Assembly: GCA_947074105.1 (NCBI GenBank)
Contig: CAMTON010000004.1
Span: 2,683 to 66,682 of the forward strand
Source of the DNA: an uncultured Bacteroidales bacterium
Lineage (GTDB): Bacteria; Bacteroidota; Bacteroidia; Bacteroidales; JAUNSR01
Length of the DNA stretch: 64,000 nt
Reading direction: 5' to 3'
Under the pieces are notes generated by a model, which searched no databases, was not told the origin of the DNA, and saw only the letters and a list, made by a program, of their open reading frames with translations. Made by a program: the position numbers and the translations under genes. Positions 47,446-57,328 of the stretch are shown one piece after another. Position 1 is the stretch's first letter. Each line of letters begins with the position of its first letter.

Positions 47446-49389
47446 ATGAATGATATGATCTCAATTGAAGGTTTGACAGTTGAATTCGGGGGAAATCCTC
47501 TTTTTGACAATGTAACATACATAATAAACAGAAAAGACAGAATTGCTCTTGTCGGAAAGAACGGTGCAGGTAAATCTACGATGCTTAAAATCATCGCAGG
47601 TCTTCAGATACCTACGGAAGGCAGAGTGAATTCTCCCCGGGATATAACAATAGGATATCTGCCTCAGCAGATGACTCATGATGATACGAAAACCGTAAGA
47701 GAAGAAGCAGAAACCGCATTTAATCATATTTTTAAAGTAGAGGAGAAAGTAAATCGTCTTACTACCGCGTTGGCTGAACGCACTGATTATGAATCACAGG
47801 AATATCATGACCTTATTGATACTCTTACCAATGCCAATGAAGAGTTGAGTATGATAGGTGCTAATAATTTCCAGGGAGAGATAGAGAAAACTCTTATGGG
47901 ACTGGGCTTTAAACGTGAAGATTTCGATCGTCCTACAAAAGAATTCAGCGGAGGTTGGAGAATGCGTATAGAACTTGCAAAACTTCTTCTGCAGCGTCCT
48001 GACGTTCTTCTTCTTGATGAGCCAACCAATCACCTTGATATTGAGTCAATACAATGGCTTGAAAATTTCCTTTCCACAAGAGCCAATGCCGTGATTCTTG
48101 TTTCGCATGACAGGGCATTTATTGATAATGTTACGATAAGAACTATAGAGATAAGTCTTGGTAAAATCTACGATTACAAAGTCAATTATTCTAAATATGT
48201 TACTCTTCGTGAAGAACGTCTTGAGCAGCAGAAACGTGCTTTTGAAAATCAACAGAAACAGATAGCGGAAACAGAAGATTTTATTGAAAGATTCCGTTAT
48301 AAAGCTACAAAGTCAGTACAGGTTCAGAGTCGTATCAAGCAACTTGAAAAGATAGAAAGGGTAGAAGTTGATGAAGTTGATACTTCCCGTTTAAATCTTA
48401 AATTTCCTCCTGCGCCTCGTTCAGGAGACTATCCTGTGATAACAGAAAATGTAGCTAAAAAATATGGAGATCATACCGTATTCAAAAATGTTGATCTTAC
48501 TATAAAAAGAGGAGAGAAAGTTGCATTTGTCGGAAAGAACGGAGAAGGTAAATCAACATTGGTAAAATGTATAATGGATGAAATACCTTATGACGGAAAT
48601 CTTAAACTCGGACATAATGTTAAGATAGGATATTTTGCCCAGAATCAGGCTCAGCTGCTTGACGGAGAAATTACTGTTTTCGATACGATAGACAATGTTG
48701 CTGTAGGAGATATCCGTACAAAAATCAGAGATATTCTTGGAGCTTTTATGTTCGGAGGAGAGGCTTCAGATAAGAAAGTTAAAGTATTATCCGGAGGTGA
48801 ACGTTCTCGTCTGGCAATGATAAAACTTCTTCTTGAACCAGTAAATCTTCTTATTCTGGATGAGCCGACCAATCATCTTGATATGAAGACTAAAGATATT
48901 CTTAAACAGGCTATTAAGGATTTCGACGGTACGGTAATTGTCGTATCTCATGATCGTGAGTTTCTTGACGGTCTTGTAACAAAGGTTTATGAATTTTCAA
49001 ATCAGAAAGTAACCGAACATCTGGGAGGCGTGTATGAATTTCTTGAGAAAAAGAAAATGGACTCTCTAAAAGAGATTGAAATGAAAGCATCGGTTAAGAA
49101 ACCGGAAAAGCAGGAAATCTCAGAATCCAAACTTTCTTATGAAGCCAGACGCGAAATACAGAAAGAGGTACGTAAAGTAGAAAGACAGATTGAGGATTCA
49201 GAAAAGAAAATAGCTGAAAAAGAGGAGCAGATCGCTAACCTTGAAATAAAACTTTCAACACCGGAAGGCGCAGCTGATGTTTCCTTATATGAGGAACATA
49301 AGAAATTAAATAATGAACTTTCTGCATTATCCGATAAATGGATGGAGCTGAGCATGTCTCTTGAAGAGATTAACGGAAAATTAAACTGA
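47446..49389 (+). CDS. ABC-F family ATPase with C-terminal coiled-coil (Uup/YheS-like)
   Basis: 647 aa with two ABC cassettes (GKNGAGKST, GKNGEGKST; signatures FSGGWR and LSGGER) and a Lys/Glu-rich C-terminal coiled coil. Confidence 0.9.
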   Translation: MNDMISIEGLTVEFGGNPLFDNVTYIINRKDRIALVGKNGAGKSTMLKIIAGLQIPTEGRVNSPRDITIGYLPQQMTHDDTKTVREEAETAFNHIFKVEEKVNRLTTALAERTDYESQEYHDLIDTLTNANEELSMIGANNFQGEIEKTLMGLGFKREDFDRPTKEFSGGWRMRIELAKLLLQRPDVLLLDEPTNHLDIESIQWLENFLSTRANAVILVSHDRAFIDNVTIRTIEISLGKIYDYKVNYSKYVTLREERLEQQKRAFENQQKQIAETEDFIERFRYKATKSVQVQSRIKQLEKIERVEVDEVDTSRLNLKFPPAPRSGDYPVITENVAKKYGDHTVFKNVDLTIKRGEKVAFVGKNGEGKSTLVKCIMDEIPYDGNLKLGHNVKIGYFAQNQAQLLDGEITVFDTIDNVAVGDIRTKIRDILGAFMFGGEASDKKVKVLSGGERSRLAMIKLLLEPVNLLILDEPTNHLDMKTKDILKQAIKDFDGTVIVVSHDREFLDGLVTKVYEFSNQKVTEHLGGVYEFLEKKKMDSLKEIEMKASVKKPEKQEISESKLSYEARREIQKEVRKVERQIEDSEKKIAEKEEQIANLEIKLSTPEGAADVSLYEEHKKLNNELSALSDKWMELSMSLEEINGKLN

Positions 49390-49499
49390 TTTTATTCAGA
49401 CAGGAATAAAATATTTTTCAGTTATCTTCCTTAAAATTAGCAATCCATAATGCAAAACAGAGATCAGATATAAACTTATTATATATAAATCTCATTTAT

Positions 49500-51545
49500 A
49501 TGAAAAGAAAATTTTTAACAGTACCACTTATGATTGGAATGATTACTATTTCATCATGTTCTTCTGTTTCCAAAACAGAAGCGGAATCCCAGAAACTGGA
49601 TGTGACTAATTTTGATTCAAATTATACTCCCGGGAGTGATTTCTATCAATATGCTACCGGAGGATGGCAACAGAAGAATCCTCTGAAACCGGAATTTGCA
49701 CGTTACGGCTCATTTGATCTTTTAAGAGAAACAAATAAAGAACATCTTAAAACTTTAATTGAAGAGATAGCTGCAGCTAATAACGAGGAAGGATCTCTTG
49801 CGCAAAAGATTGCTGATATCTATAATGCAGGTCTTAATGCTGATGCTATCAATGAAAGAGGTCTTGCAGACATTAAACCTCTTCTTGAAATGATCGCTGC
49901 TAATAAAAATATGAATGATGTAACGTCTTCTATTGCTAAACTTGCAGGAAAAGGTGTTATGCCTTTCGTCTATTTTTATGTTGAGGCTGATCCTATGAAC
50001 AGTAATATGAATATTCTTCAGACTTATCAGGGAGGGATGACTCTTGGAAACAAGGATTATTACCTGAATAATGATGAGAATACTCTTAAAATCAGAGAAG
50101 GTTATCTAAAATATATAGAACAGCTATTTACTCTTGCCGGTTATCCGGAAGCTCAGTCTAAGACTATAGCTTCAGATATACTAAAATTTGAGACTGAAAT
50201 CGCAAAAGGCGCATTCTCTAACGTTGAATTAAGAGATCCTGTTGCAAATTATAATAAAATGTCTTTTGAAGAATTTGCGAATAAATATAATTTCTTTGAC
50301 TGGACAACTATATTTGCAGAGAACGGAGCAAAAACGCCGAAAGAAATCAATGTTTCTCAGATTCCTTTTATGGATAATCTTGGAAAGGTCCTTTCCGGAA
50401 AATCAGTACAGAATATAAATGACTATATGACATTCATGGTCCTTAATGGATTTTCTAAATATATAGGAGATGATTTCTACGATGCTTCTTTCGAATTCTA
50501 TGAAAAACTTATGTCAGGTATCGAAGCGCAGGAAGCAAGATGGAAAAGATCGCTTGCTGTTGCAAACGGTACTTTAGGTGAGGCGATAGGAGAGTTATAT
50601 GTAGCTAAATATTTCCCTCCTAAAGCAAAAGAAAGAATGTTAGTTCTTGTTTCTGACCTTCAGGAATCATTAGGAAACCGTATTAATAATCTTGACTGGA
50701 TGAGCGAAGAAACAAAAGTAAAAGCTCTTGAAAAACTTTCTACTTTCACTGTTAAGATCGGTTATCCTGATAAATGGAGAGATTACTCTGACCTTAAGAT
50801 CGATAAAAATATGTCATATGTTCAGATGATCATCTCTTCAAGTGAATTTGAAACTGCTTATGAACTATCTAAGATAGAAACTCCTGTAGATAAAGAAAAA
50901 TGGCACATGAATCCACAGACTGTAAATGCTTATTACAGTCCGCTTACAAATGAAATCTGTTTCCCTGCTGCGATTCTTCAGCCACCTTTCTTCTATATCG
51001 ACGGTGATGATGCCATAAACTATGGTGCTATCGGTGTTGTTATCGGGCATGAAATGACTCACGGTTTTGATGATCAGGGACGTCAGTTTGATAAAGAAGG
51101 AAATATTTCTGACTGGTGGACAGCAGAAGATGCGGAACAATTCAAAAAGAAAGCAGATGTTCTTGTTTCACAGTTTGATGCGATTAAAGTTCTTGGAGAT
51201 ACTCATGCAAACGGACAGTTTACTCTGGGCGAAAATATCGCAGACCAGGGTGGTGTACTTATCGCTTATGATGCATTGAAATCTCATCTTAACAAGAATA
51301 ACATTTCTGTATGTTATGATGATCTTGACGATACTAAACGCTTTTTCCTTTCTTATGCTAATATATGGGCAGGGAATATCAGAGATGAGGAGATTCTTCG
51401 TTTAACTCAGATCGATCCTCATTCTCTTGGAAGATGGAGAGTTAATGCCACTCTTCCTAACATTGAAACTTTCTATCATGCTTTTGACATAAAAGAAGGT
51501 GATGCAATGTACAGATCTCCACTGGAAAGAGTAGTTATCTGGTAA
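49500..51545 (+). CDS. M13-family zinc metallopeptidase (PepO/endothelin-converting-enzyme-like) lipoprotein
   Basis: 681 aa with lipobox ITISSC and motifs HEMTHGFD and ENIADQGG. Confidence 0.9.
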   Translation: MKRKFLTVPLMIGMITISSCSSVSKTEAESQKLDVTNFDSNYTPGSDFYQYATGGWQQKNPLKPEFARYGSFDLLRETNKEHLKTLIEEIAAANNEEGSLAQKIADIYNAGLNADAINERGLADIKPLLEMIAANKNMNDVTSSIAKLAGKGVMPFVYFYVEADPMNSNMNILQTYQGGMTLGNKDYYLNNDENTLKIREGYLKYIEQLFTLAGYPEAQSKTIASDILKFETEIAKGAFSNVELRDPVANYNKMSFEEFANKYNFFDWTTIFAENGAKTPKEINVSQIPFMDNLGKVLSGKSVQNINDYMTFMVLNGFSKYIGDDFYDASFEFYEKLMSGIEAQEARWKRSLAVANGTLGEAIGELYVAKYFPPKAKERMLVLVSDLQESLGNRINNLDWMSEETKVKALEKLSTFTVKIGYPDKWRDYSDLKIDKNMSYVQMIISSSEFETAYELSKIETPVDKEKWHMNPQTVNAYYSPLTNEICFPAAILQPPFFYIDGDDAINYGAIGVVIGHEMTHGFDDQGRQFDKEGNISDWWTAEDAEQFKKKADVLVSQFDAIKVLGDTHANGQFTLGENIADQGGVLIAYDALKSHLNKNNISVCYDDLDDTKRFFLSYANIWAGNIRDEEILRLTQIDPHSLGRWRVNATLPNIETFYHAFDIKEGDAMYRSPLERVVIW

Positions 51546-51608
51546 GATATATCTCAATAATATATTGTATCAGACAGCTTTTCTTCTGATACAATATCAG
51601 AAAACCAA

Positions 51609-51656
51609 AACACCTGATTTCATATCTGAAAAGAATGAAATCAGGTGTTTTTTTAT
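51609..51656. terminator. Bidirectional terminator between convergent M13 and M24 peptidase genes
   Basis: 12-bp stem CACCTGATTTCA with TGAAATCAGGTG, flanked by an A-run and 8 T. Confidence 0.75.
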
Positions 51657-51815
51657 TTTTATTTATCGTAATATTATAAATGACAAATATAATATTCAAT
51701 ATATTCCGTGTTACAGAAATCTGGCTGCTGTTTTTTTCTCAGAGGCTTAATTTATAATTTCAGAGGAGAATCTTCAGGCGGTACGCTCGGAAGTTTTTTT
51801 CTCAGACGTTGAAAT

Positions 51816-52997
51816 TTATAATCCTATAGATAAAATATCCTCATCAAGATTTGTAATCTGCTCAATACCATTATCGGTTACGACAAAAGTATTTTCATTT
51901 CCTACTGCTCCTACACCCGGAATTACGAATTTCGGTTCAAGAGCAAAAACCATCCCTTTTTCAAGAATATCTCTTGAACGCGGAGCAAGAACAGGCATTT
52001 CATTGATTTCTATGCCAACTCCGTGTCCGATAAATCCTGCCTGTTGAGTATGGCCCATGAAATATCTTTTAAGATCACAGCTTTCAGCAATTTCAAGAGC
52101 TTTTTCATAAAGTTTTTTAGCTTCAACTCCCGGAGCAGCTATTTTCTTTATTTCTTCCTGAATAATGCGAGAACATTCATGAGCTTTTTTCGCAAGATCA
52201 TTTTTAAGTTCCTCAACAACAAACACTCTTGTCATATCTGTCATATAACCATTGAAATTACCTCCCAGATCCACCATCAGAGTCATTCCCGGTTTAAGAA
52301 GAGTTCCGTCTGCTCCGACAGGAAGTGAAGGATTTATACCCGAACCGCCCATGGCGAAATCATAAGGAGAAGGACTGTCTGCATTATCTCCGGCAATAAC
52401 ACTGCCGGCAAATACCTCCATTGAAGCTCCGAAAATTCTGAAAATACCAAGGCTTCCCATTTGCCTTGAAAGACGCTCCAGTTCTATACTGATATCCGTA
52501 TCAGTCATACCTTCTTCATATATTGCCGGAATATGGGAATATAACGCCGCATGCTTAAGTCCGGATTCTTTCAGTTTCTGAATTTCATAATCTGTTTTCA
52601 CCGCCCTTGCCATTCTTAAAAGGGTATTTGCATTCTTAAATTCAATTCCGTCAAATGCCTTTTCAAGCCTTTTATAGTCATTATAACTAAGATAATCCGC
52701 CTCTACTGCAATATTTGCAGGTAATTCATTTACAAGAGTTTTTAAAAGCGGAAGAATATCTTCCTGTTTTTTTATATAATGTATGTTATCTCCCTTCAGA
52801 CCCACCGGACGCTGAATAAAAAATAAAGGATCACCCTCTTTTCCTATATAGATATAACCTTTAAATACACGTCCCGCTGAATAAAACAAATTTGCGGAAG
52901 ATGTCAGAAGACAGGCTTCTGTATTATCTTTTTTCATCTCATTTCTGATTTTAGCCCATCTTTGAGACAATTCAGGATACATATTTCTTTCAAACAT
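51816..52997 (-). CDS. M24-family Xaa-Pro aminopeptidase/dipeptidase
   Basis: 393 aa with a creatinase/prolidase N-domain and a pita-bread domain. Metal-ligand context: DLGGNFNGYMTDMTR, GHGVGIEINE, ALEPK. Confidence 0.85.
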   Translation of the reverse strand: MFERNMYPELSQRWAKIRNEMKKDNTEACLLTSSANLFYSAGRVFKGYIYIGKEGDPLFFIQRPVGLKGDNIHYIKKQEDILPLLKTLVNELPANIAVEADYLSYNDYKRLEKAFDGIEFKNANTLLRMARAVKTDYEIQKLKESGLKHAALYSHIPAIYEEGMTDTDISIELERLSRQMGSLGIFRIFGASMEVFAGSVIAGDNADSPSPYDFAMGGSGINPSLPVGADGTLLKPGMTLMVDLGGNFNGYMTDMTRVFVVEELKNDLAKKAHECSRIIQEEIKKIAAPGVEAKKLYEKALEIAESCDLKRYFMGHTQQAGFIGHGVGIEINEMPVLAPRSRDILEKGMVFALEPKFVIPGVGAVGNENTFVVTDNGIEQITNLDEDILSIGL

Positions 52998-53242
52998 ATA
53001 AATATAAAATAATAATAAAATTCAAGATTTATTTGCTACTCCGCAAATGTATATAAAAATAAAACCAAACAGTTTTGAGTCGTGTTATTTAATTGAAACA
53101 AAAAGCTATATGTGTTATGATTATCTCGAAAAATGTGAATGTTCAAGGTTTAATCTATTTAATTTTATTTGTTTCCTGTGAAAATCATATATAAAAAATC
53201 ATATATAAAAAATCATCATTAGTTCACCAAACCTTTTTAGTT

Positions 53243-54865
53243 ATGAAAAAGTATAGATTTTATCTGATGGCGATATTTCTGATTTTCTTTCTGCCTTCCG
53301 TATCTTTCTCTCAGGATACGCAGCTTATAAAAGTTCAGAAATATCTTGTGCCGGCCAATATCTCAGCTAAGGGATATGCCGCTCATGTTGAACTGAACTG
53401 GAGCAATGTCCCTCAGTTCATATATAACATATACAGATCTCAAAACGGAACACCTTACAAACTTGTGGGAACTACAGAGAAAGACTATTACATAGATTTT
53501 GTCGACAATCCGCGTCAGCCTCACGGTCTGAGTTATATGATTCTTCCTATGGGTATGAATCCTGAAGATCCCGGTGCAGGCAAGTTCATGGTAAGCGCTC
53601 AGACAAGGGTATATTCCACTGAAGAACTTCTGAATATGATTCAGATGTATACTACACGATATTTCTTCGATTATGCTGATCCGACTACCAAAATGGCACG
53701 AGTAAGGACCAATAATCCTGCCGGAAATATAGTTACAACAGGCGGAACAGGTTTCGGTATAATGTCACTGATCGGAGGAGCACAGAGAGGCTTCTTTCCG
53801 GACAGTACCGCAATCAGCTATATCAATAGTATAGTGAATTTCCTGTCCAAAGCAGAACGCTTCCGCGGAGCATGGGCTCAGTGGTATAATGTAGAAAACG
53901 GGAAACCTTACAGTCCTACACCTTATAATGACGGTGGTGACCTTGTTGAAACGGCATTTCTCGTTCAGGGTCTTCTTACTGCCAAGACATGGCTTATTAA
54001 GAAAAATGATTCAATTTCAACTCAGCTTGCAAGAAAAATAGACAGACTGTGGCGCGATGTTGACTGGCAATGGTACACAAAAGGCGGACGCGACTCACTT
54101 TATTGCCACTGGTCAAAGAACTTTGGATGGAAAATGAATAAGATAATCGCCGGATATGATGAAAATCTTATCACCTATGTTCTTGCTGCAGCTTCACCTA
54201 CTTATCCTATCCCTTCACGCATTTATCATAAATGTTACGTCAATTCTCCTCATTTTAAAAATGACTCAACTTATTTCGATATAAAACTCCCACTGGGTAT
54301 GGCTTATGGCGGTCCGCTGCATTTTACTCATTATTCATTCCTGGGACTTAATCCTAACGGTCTTAAAGATCAGTATGCCGATTATTTCAACCGAAATCAG
54401 GCTCATGCCATGATACATTATCAATATGCATCAAATAATCCGAAAAAGCATCTTGGTCTCGGAGAAAATGTATGGGGATTTACATCTTCTGATGATCCTA
54501 TAGTCGGATATGCCTCTCATGTTCCTGCATCAGGTGAAGAAAACGGTACTATTGCACCAACGGCGGCTATATCTTCTATAGTATATACACCGGAACAGAG
54601 TCTTAAGGCTATTGAAAACTATTATTATAATCTCGGAGGAAGAATATTCGGAAAATATGGTTTCTATGATGCTTTCAATCTTGGCCTTATAGATGGTCAA
54701 CAGGTTGTACACAGTTATATAGCAAGTGATCAGGGACCTATTGCCGTTATGATAGAAAACTATCGTAGTCAGCTTCTTTGGGATCTGTTCATGCAGAATG
54801 AAGATGTTCAGAACGGATTGGAAAATCTGGGATTCAGTTTTTCGGTAAAAAGAAAGAATGACTAA
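53243..54865 (+). CDS. Secreted putative-glucoamylase-type protein (GH144 beta-1,2-glucanase-like family)
   Basis: 540 aa with a signal peptide and an N-terminal Ig/Fn3-like segment, then an (alpha/alpha)6-like region (TGGTGFGIMSL, DGGDLVETAFLVQGLL) as I recall for the PF10091/GH144 group. Confidence 0.55.
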   Translation: MKKYRFYLMAIFLIFFLPSVSFSQDTQLIKVQKYLVPANISAKGYAAHVELNWSNVPQFIYNIYRSQNGTPYKLVGTTEKDYYIDFVDNPRQPHGLSYMILPMGMNPEDPGAGKFMVSAQTRVYSTEELLNMIQMYTTRYFFDYADPTTKMARVRTNNPAGNIVTTGGTGFGIMSLIGGAQRGFFPDSTAISYINSIVNFLSKAERFRGAWAQWYNVENGKPYSPTPYNDGGDLVETAFLVQGLLTAKTWLIKKNDSISTQLARKIDRLWRDVDWQWYTKGGRDSLYCHWSKNFGWKMNKIIAGYDENLITYVLAAASPTYPIPSRIYHKCYVNSPHFKNDSTYFDIKLPLGMAYGGPLHFTHYSFLGLNPNGLKDQYADYFNRNQAHAMIHYQYASNNPKKHLGLGENVWGFTSSDDPIVGYASHVPASGEENGTIAPTAAISSIVYTPEQSLKAIENYYYNLGGRIFGKYGFYDAFNLGLIDGQQVVHSYIASDQGPIAVMIENYRSQLLWDLFMQNEDVQNGLENLGFSFSVKRKND

Positions 54866-54892
54866 TTCGGATTTCTAATTCAGCAAAAAGTT

Positions 54893-55162
54893 ATGTTTAA
54901 TGTAAAAGTTTTTTTATTAATACTTATATTTCTCTTTCCCGGAATCGGCAATATTTATTCTCAGAACGTAAATATTTTCGGAAATGTAAAATGTATTAAC
55001 TACAATGAATCTTTTACGTTCTTACTTAAATCGCAAGAGAATAATGAATGCACTTATCACAAAGTAGATAGATATATGAATGATTTTCTTAACGGGGTTA
55101 TTATAGAGATTCACTGTTTTAATTCTAATAAAAGACTTTTACCCTTAAATATGAGTAAATAA
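54893..55162 (+). CDS. Small hypothetical secreted protein (doubtful; possibly an N-terminal remnant)
   Basis: 89 aa with a signal-like N-terminus and no recognisable domain. Confidence 0.25.
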   Translation: MFNVKVFLLILIFLFPGIGNIYSQNVNIFGNVKCINYNESFTFLLKSQENNECTYHKVDRYMNDFLNGVIIEIHCFNSNKRLLPLNMSK

Positions 55163-55318
55163 GTAGTACAAACCGAAATATCAGTGATTTTATATTCACC
55201 TGTGCAGCACTTTAGAGAACCGATAAGTGAAACAAATTTCTGTATATAAAAAAATATAAAGTAATTATTTTCTGGTCGGAAGTTTTTTATATTCAATTAC
55301 ATCTTAATATCAATATAA

Positions 55319-55361
55319 ATAAGACTTTGTACATATTTTATGTGCTAAGTCTTATTTTTTT
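55319..55361 (+). terminator. Rho-independent terminator 160 nt beyond the 89-aa ORF
   Basis: 9-bp stem ATAAGACTT with AAGTCTTAT, followed by 7 T. Confidence 0.6.
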
Positions 55362-55494
55362 ACTAAAGATATAACTTGCCTATAATCAGGAGTATATCCG
55401 GAGTATTGATTTTGGTTTAGCTTATAGATATTTTAATTTAAATATTTTAACCATATTTTTCTGCCCTAAATATTTGAAGTTAATGAATTAGATA

Positions 55495-55502
55495 TATCTT
55501 TG
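55495..55502 (+). promoter_or_regulatory. Bacteroidota -7 box (TATCTTTG) for perR
   Basis: TAnnTTTG match 46 nt upstream of the ATG at 55548. Confidence 0.45.
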
Positions 55503-55515
55503 TGATGAAATCAAA

Positions 55516-55532
55516 ATTGTAATCATTACAAA
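55516..55532. promoter_or_regulatory. Fur/PerR-type operator, perfect 8-1-8 palindrome ATTGTAAT-C-ATTACAAT
   Basis: The sequence is exactly self-complementary. It lies 14 nt downstream of the -7 box and 16 nt upstream of the perR ATG, and resembles the PerR-box consensus TTATAATnATTATAA. Confidence 0.6.
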
Positions 55533-55547
55533 TCTGAAATAAAAGCA

Positions 55548-55982
55548 ATGGAAAGAATAAAACAACATTTACTGGATCACGATGTAAAACCTTCTCTGCA
55601 GAGAATGGCAGTGATGAAATATCTGATGGATAACAAGACACATCCTACTGCAGATATGATATTTAATGAATTATTCCCTTCCATACCTACATTATCAAAG
55701 ACAACAGTATATAATACACTAAAGTTGCTTACAGATAAAGGTGCTATACTGATGATAGGTATAGATGAGAAAAATGCAAGATTTGACGGCGACACTTCGC
55801 CTCATGCTCACTTCAGATGTAAAGGATGCGGTTGTATATACGACATCCCTATCGATGTCAACAATACTATATTCGTTGACGGAATAGGAGAACTTACTAT
55901 AGACGAAGTTCACGTATATTACAAAGGATCGTGTAAAGAATGTGCAGAAGCACACGCTGAAAACGATCAGGCAAAATCCTGA
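55548..55982 (+). CDS. perR: Fur-family regulator, PerR-like
   Basis: 144 aa with a winged-helix N-domain and the metal-site pattern HAHFRCKGCG…CKEC. It is followed by a rubrerythrin gene. Confidence 0.8.
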   Translation: MERIKQHLLDHDVKPSLQRMAVMKYLMDNKTHPTADMIFNELFPSIPTLSKTTVYNTLKLLTDKGAILMIGIDEKNARFDGDTSPHAHFRCKGCGCIYDIPIDVNNTIFVDGIGELTIDEVHVYYKGSCKECAEAHAENDQAKS

Positions 55983-56087
55983 TCTCTGCCGACGATTTAC
56001 ATTAATGCTTGTTTAAAGACAATTTTGACATCACAAGATAAATAACTAAAAACTCACAATATTATTAAAGCTAAAAAATTAAACATT

Positions 56088-56639
56088 ATGACTAAAAAAT
56101 TCATTTGCACAGTATGCGGTTATGTTCATGAAGGTAACGAAGCTCCGGAAAAATGTCCACAGTGTCAGGTTCCTGCATCAAAATTCAAAGAACTTGTAGA
56201 AAGCGATAACATCAAATTCGTTACTGAGCACGAAATCGGCGTTGCAAAAGGTTGTGATGAAGAAATGATCGCAGATCTTAACGCTCACTTCATGGGAGAA
56301 TGTACTGAAGTAGGTATGTACCTTGCTATGTCACGTCAGGCTGACCGTGAAGGATATCCTGAAATCGCTGAAGCTTTCAAACGTTATGCATGGGAAGAAG
56401 CTGAGCACGCTGCAAAATTCGCTGAACTTCTTGGCGATGTAGTATGGGATACTAAAACAAATCTTGAAAAAAGAATGAACGCTGAAGCAGGCGCTAACGA
56501 AGATAAAATGCGTATCGCAAGAAGAGCTAAAGAACTAAATCTTGACGCAATTCACGATACTGTTCATGAAATGGCAAAAGACGAAGCTCGTCACGGTAAA
56601 GGTTTCGAAGGTCTTTTCAACCGTCATTTCAAAAAATAA
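56088..56639 (+). CDS. rbr: Rubrerythrin, reverse domain order (N-terminal rubredoxin-like, C-terminal diiron four-helix bundle)
   Basis: 183 aa. [10 protein letters not shown]…CPQC sits at the N-terminus, and ExxH diiron motifs ([18 protein letters not shown]) follow. Confidence 0.9.
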   Translation: MTKKFICTVCGYVHEGNEAPEKCPQCQVPASKFKELVESDNIKFVTEHEIGVAKGCDEEMIADLNAHFMGECTEVGMYLAMSRQADREGYPEIAEAFKRYAWEEAEHAAKFAELLGDVVWDTKTNLEKRMNAEAGANEDKMRIARRAKELNLDAIHDTVHEMAKDEARHGKGFEGLFNRHFKK

Positions 56640-56687
56640 AAATTAGAAATTAAATTCCAATATTATTCACAAAAGGCAATTTTCACA

Positions 56688-56725
56688 GAGAGTCGCAGTC
56701 CGTGCAGGATAGCGACTCTTTTTTA
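56688..56725. terminator. Terminator between convergent rbr and the yfcE-like gene
   Basis: GAGAGTCGC pairs with GCGACTCT, followed by 6 T. Confidence 0.75.
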
Positions 56726-56741
56726 TTTTATATCTGCTTCA

Positions 56742-57236
56742 TTATTGTTCCGAAAGTTCTATCACCTCAAGATCCCTGATATTTCCGCTGTCGATAACAA
56801 ATCTCACCAGTGTTCTCACTTTATGAAATCCCTGTTTTCCGGCAGCACCGGGATTTATATGGAGTATGTCAAACCTTTTATCATATTTTACTTTAAGAAT
56901 ATGTGAATGACCTGATATAAACAGTTTCGGAGGATTTCTCATTATCTCGGAAACGATCTCAGGAGCATACTTTCCGGGATACCCGCCTATATGAGTCATA
57001 AGAACATCGACTCCTTCAACAGAGAAACGCTGAATCAAAGGGAATCTTTTTCTTATCTCAGTTCCGTCAATATTTCCCGGAACAAATCTTATCGGTTTGA
57101 AACTTTCAAATTCATCAGCCAGTTCTATGGAACCGATATCTCCGGCATGCCATATTTCATCACAGTCTTTAAAATATTCGAAATATTTTCGGTCAATATA
57201 ACCGTGAGTATCCGACAATAATCCTATTCTTTTCAT
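56742..57236 (-). CDS. YfcE/MJ0936-family metallophosphoesterase
   Basis: 164 aa with motifs LLSDTHG, HAGDIG, PGNIDG and SGHSH. Confidence 0.85.
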   Translation of the reverse strand: MKRIGLLSDTHGYIDRKYFEYFKDCDEIWHAGDIGSIELADEFESFKPIRFVPGNIDGTEIRKRFPLIQRFSVEGVDVLMTHIGGYPGKYAPEIVSEIMRNPPKLFISGHSHILKVKYDKRFDILHINPGAAGKQGFHKVRTLVRFVIDSGNIRDLEVIELSEQ

Positions 57237-57328
57237 TTTTTATTTCTTTTGCTCAAAGATAAGTGCGACTCAGATATTTTTCCAAAACAAAATGAATTAT
57301 AACCTGAGTGAAAACAGTAACGGCAATA

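Noticed and set aside
53181-53220. About 2.7 copies of a 15-nt AT-rich direct repeat (AAATCATATATAAAA) upstream of the GH144-like gene.
   Set aside because: It is a short, low-complexity AT repeat that is easily produced by slippage, with no associated structure or palindrome.
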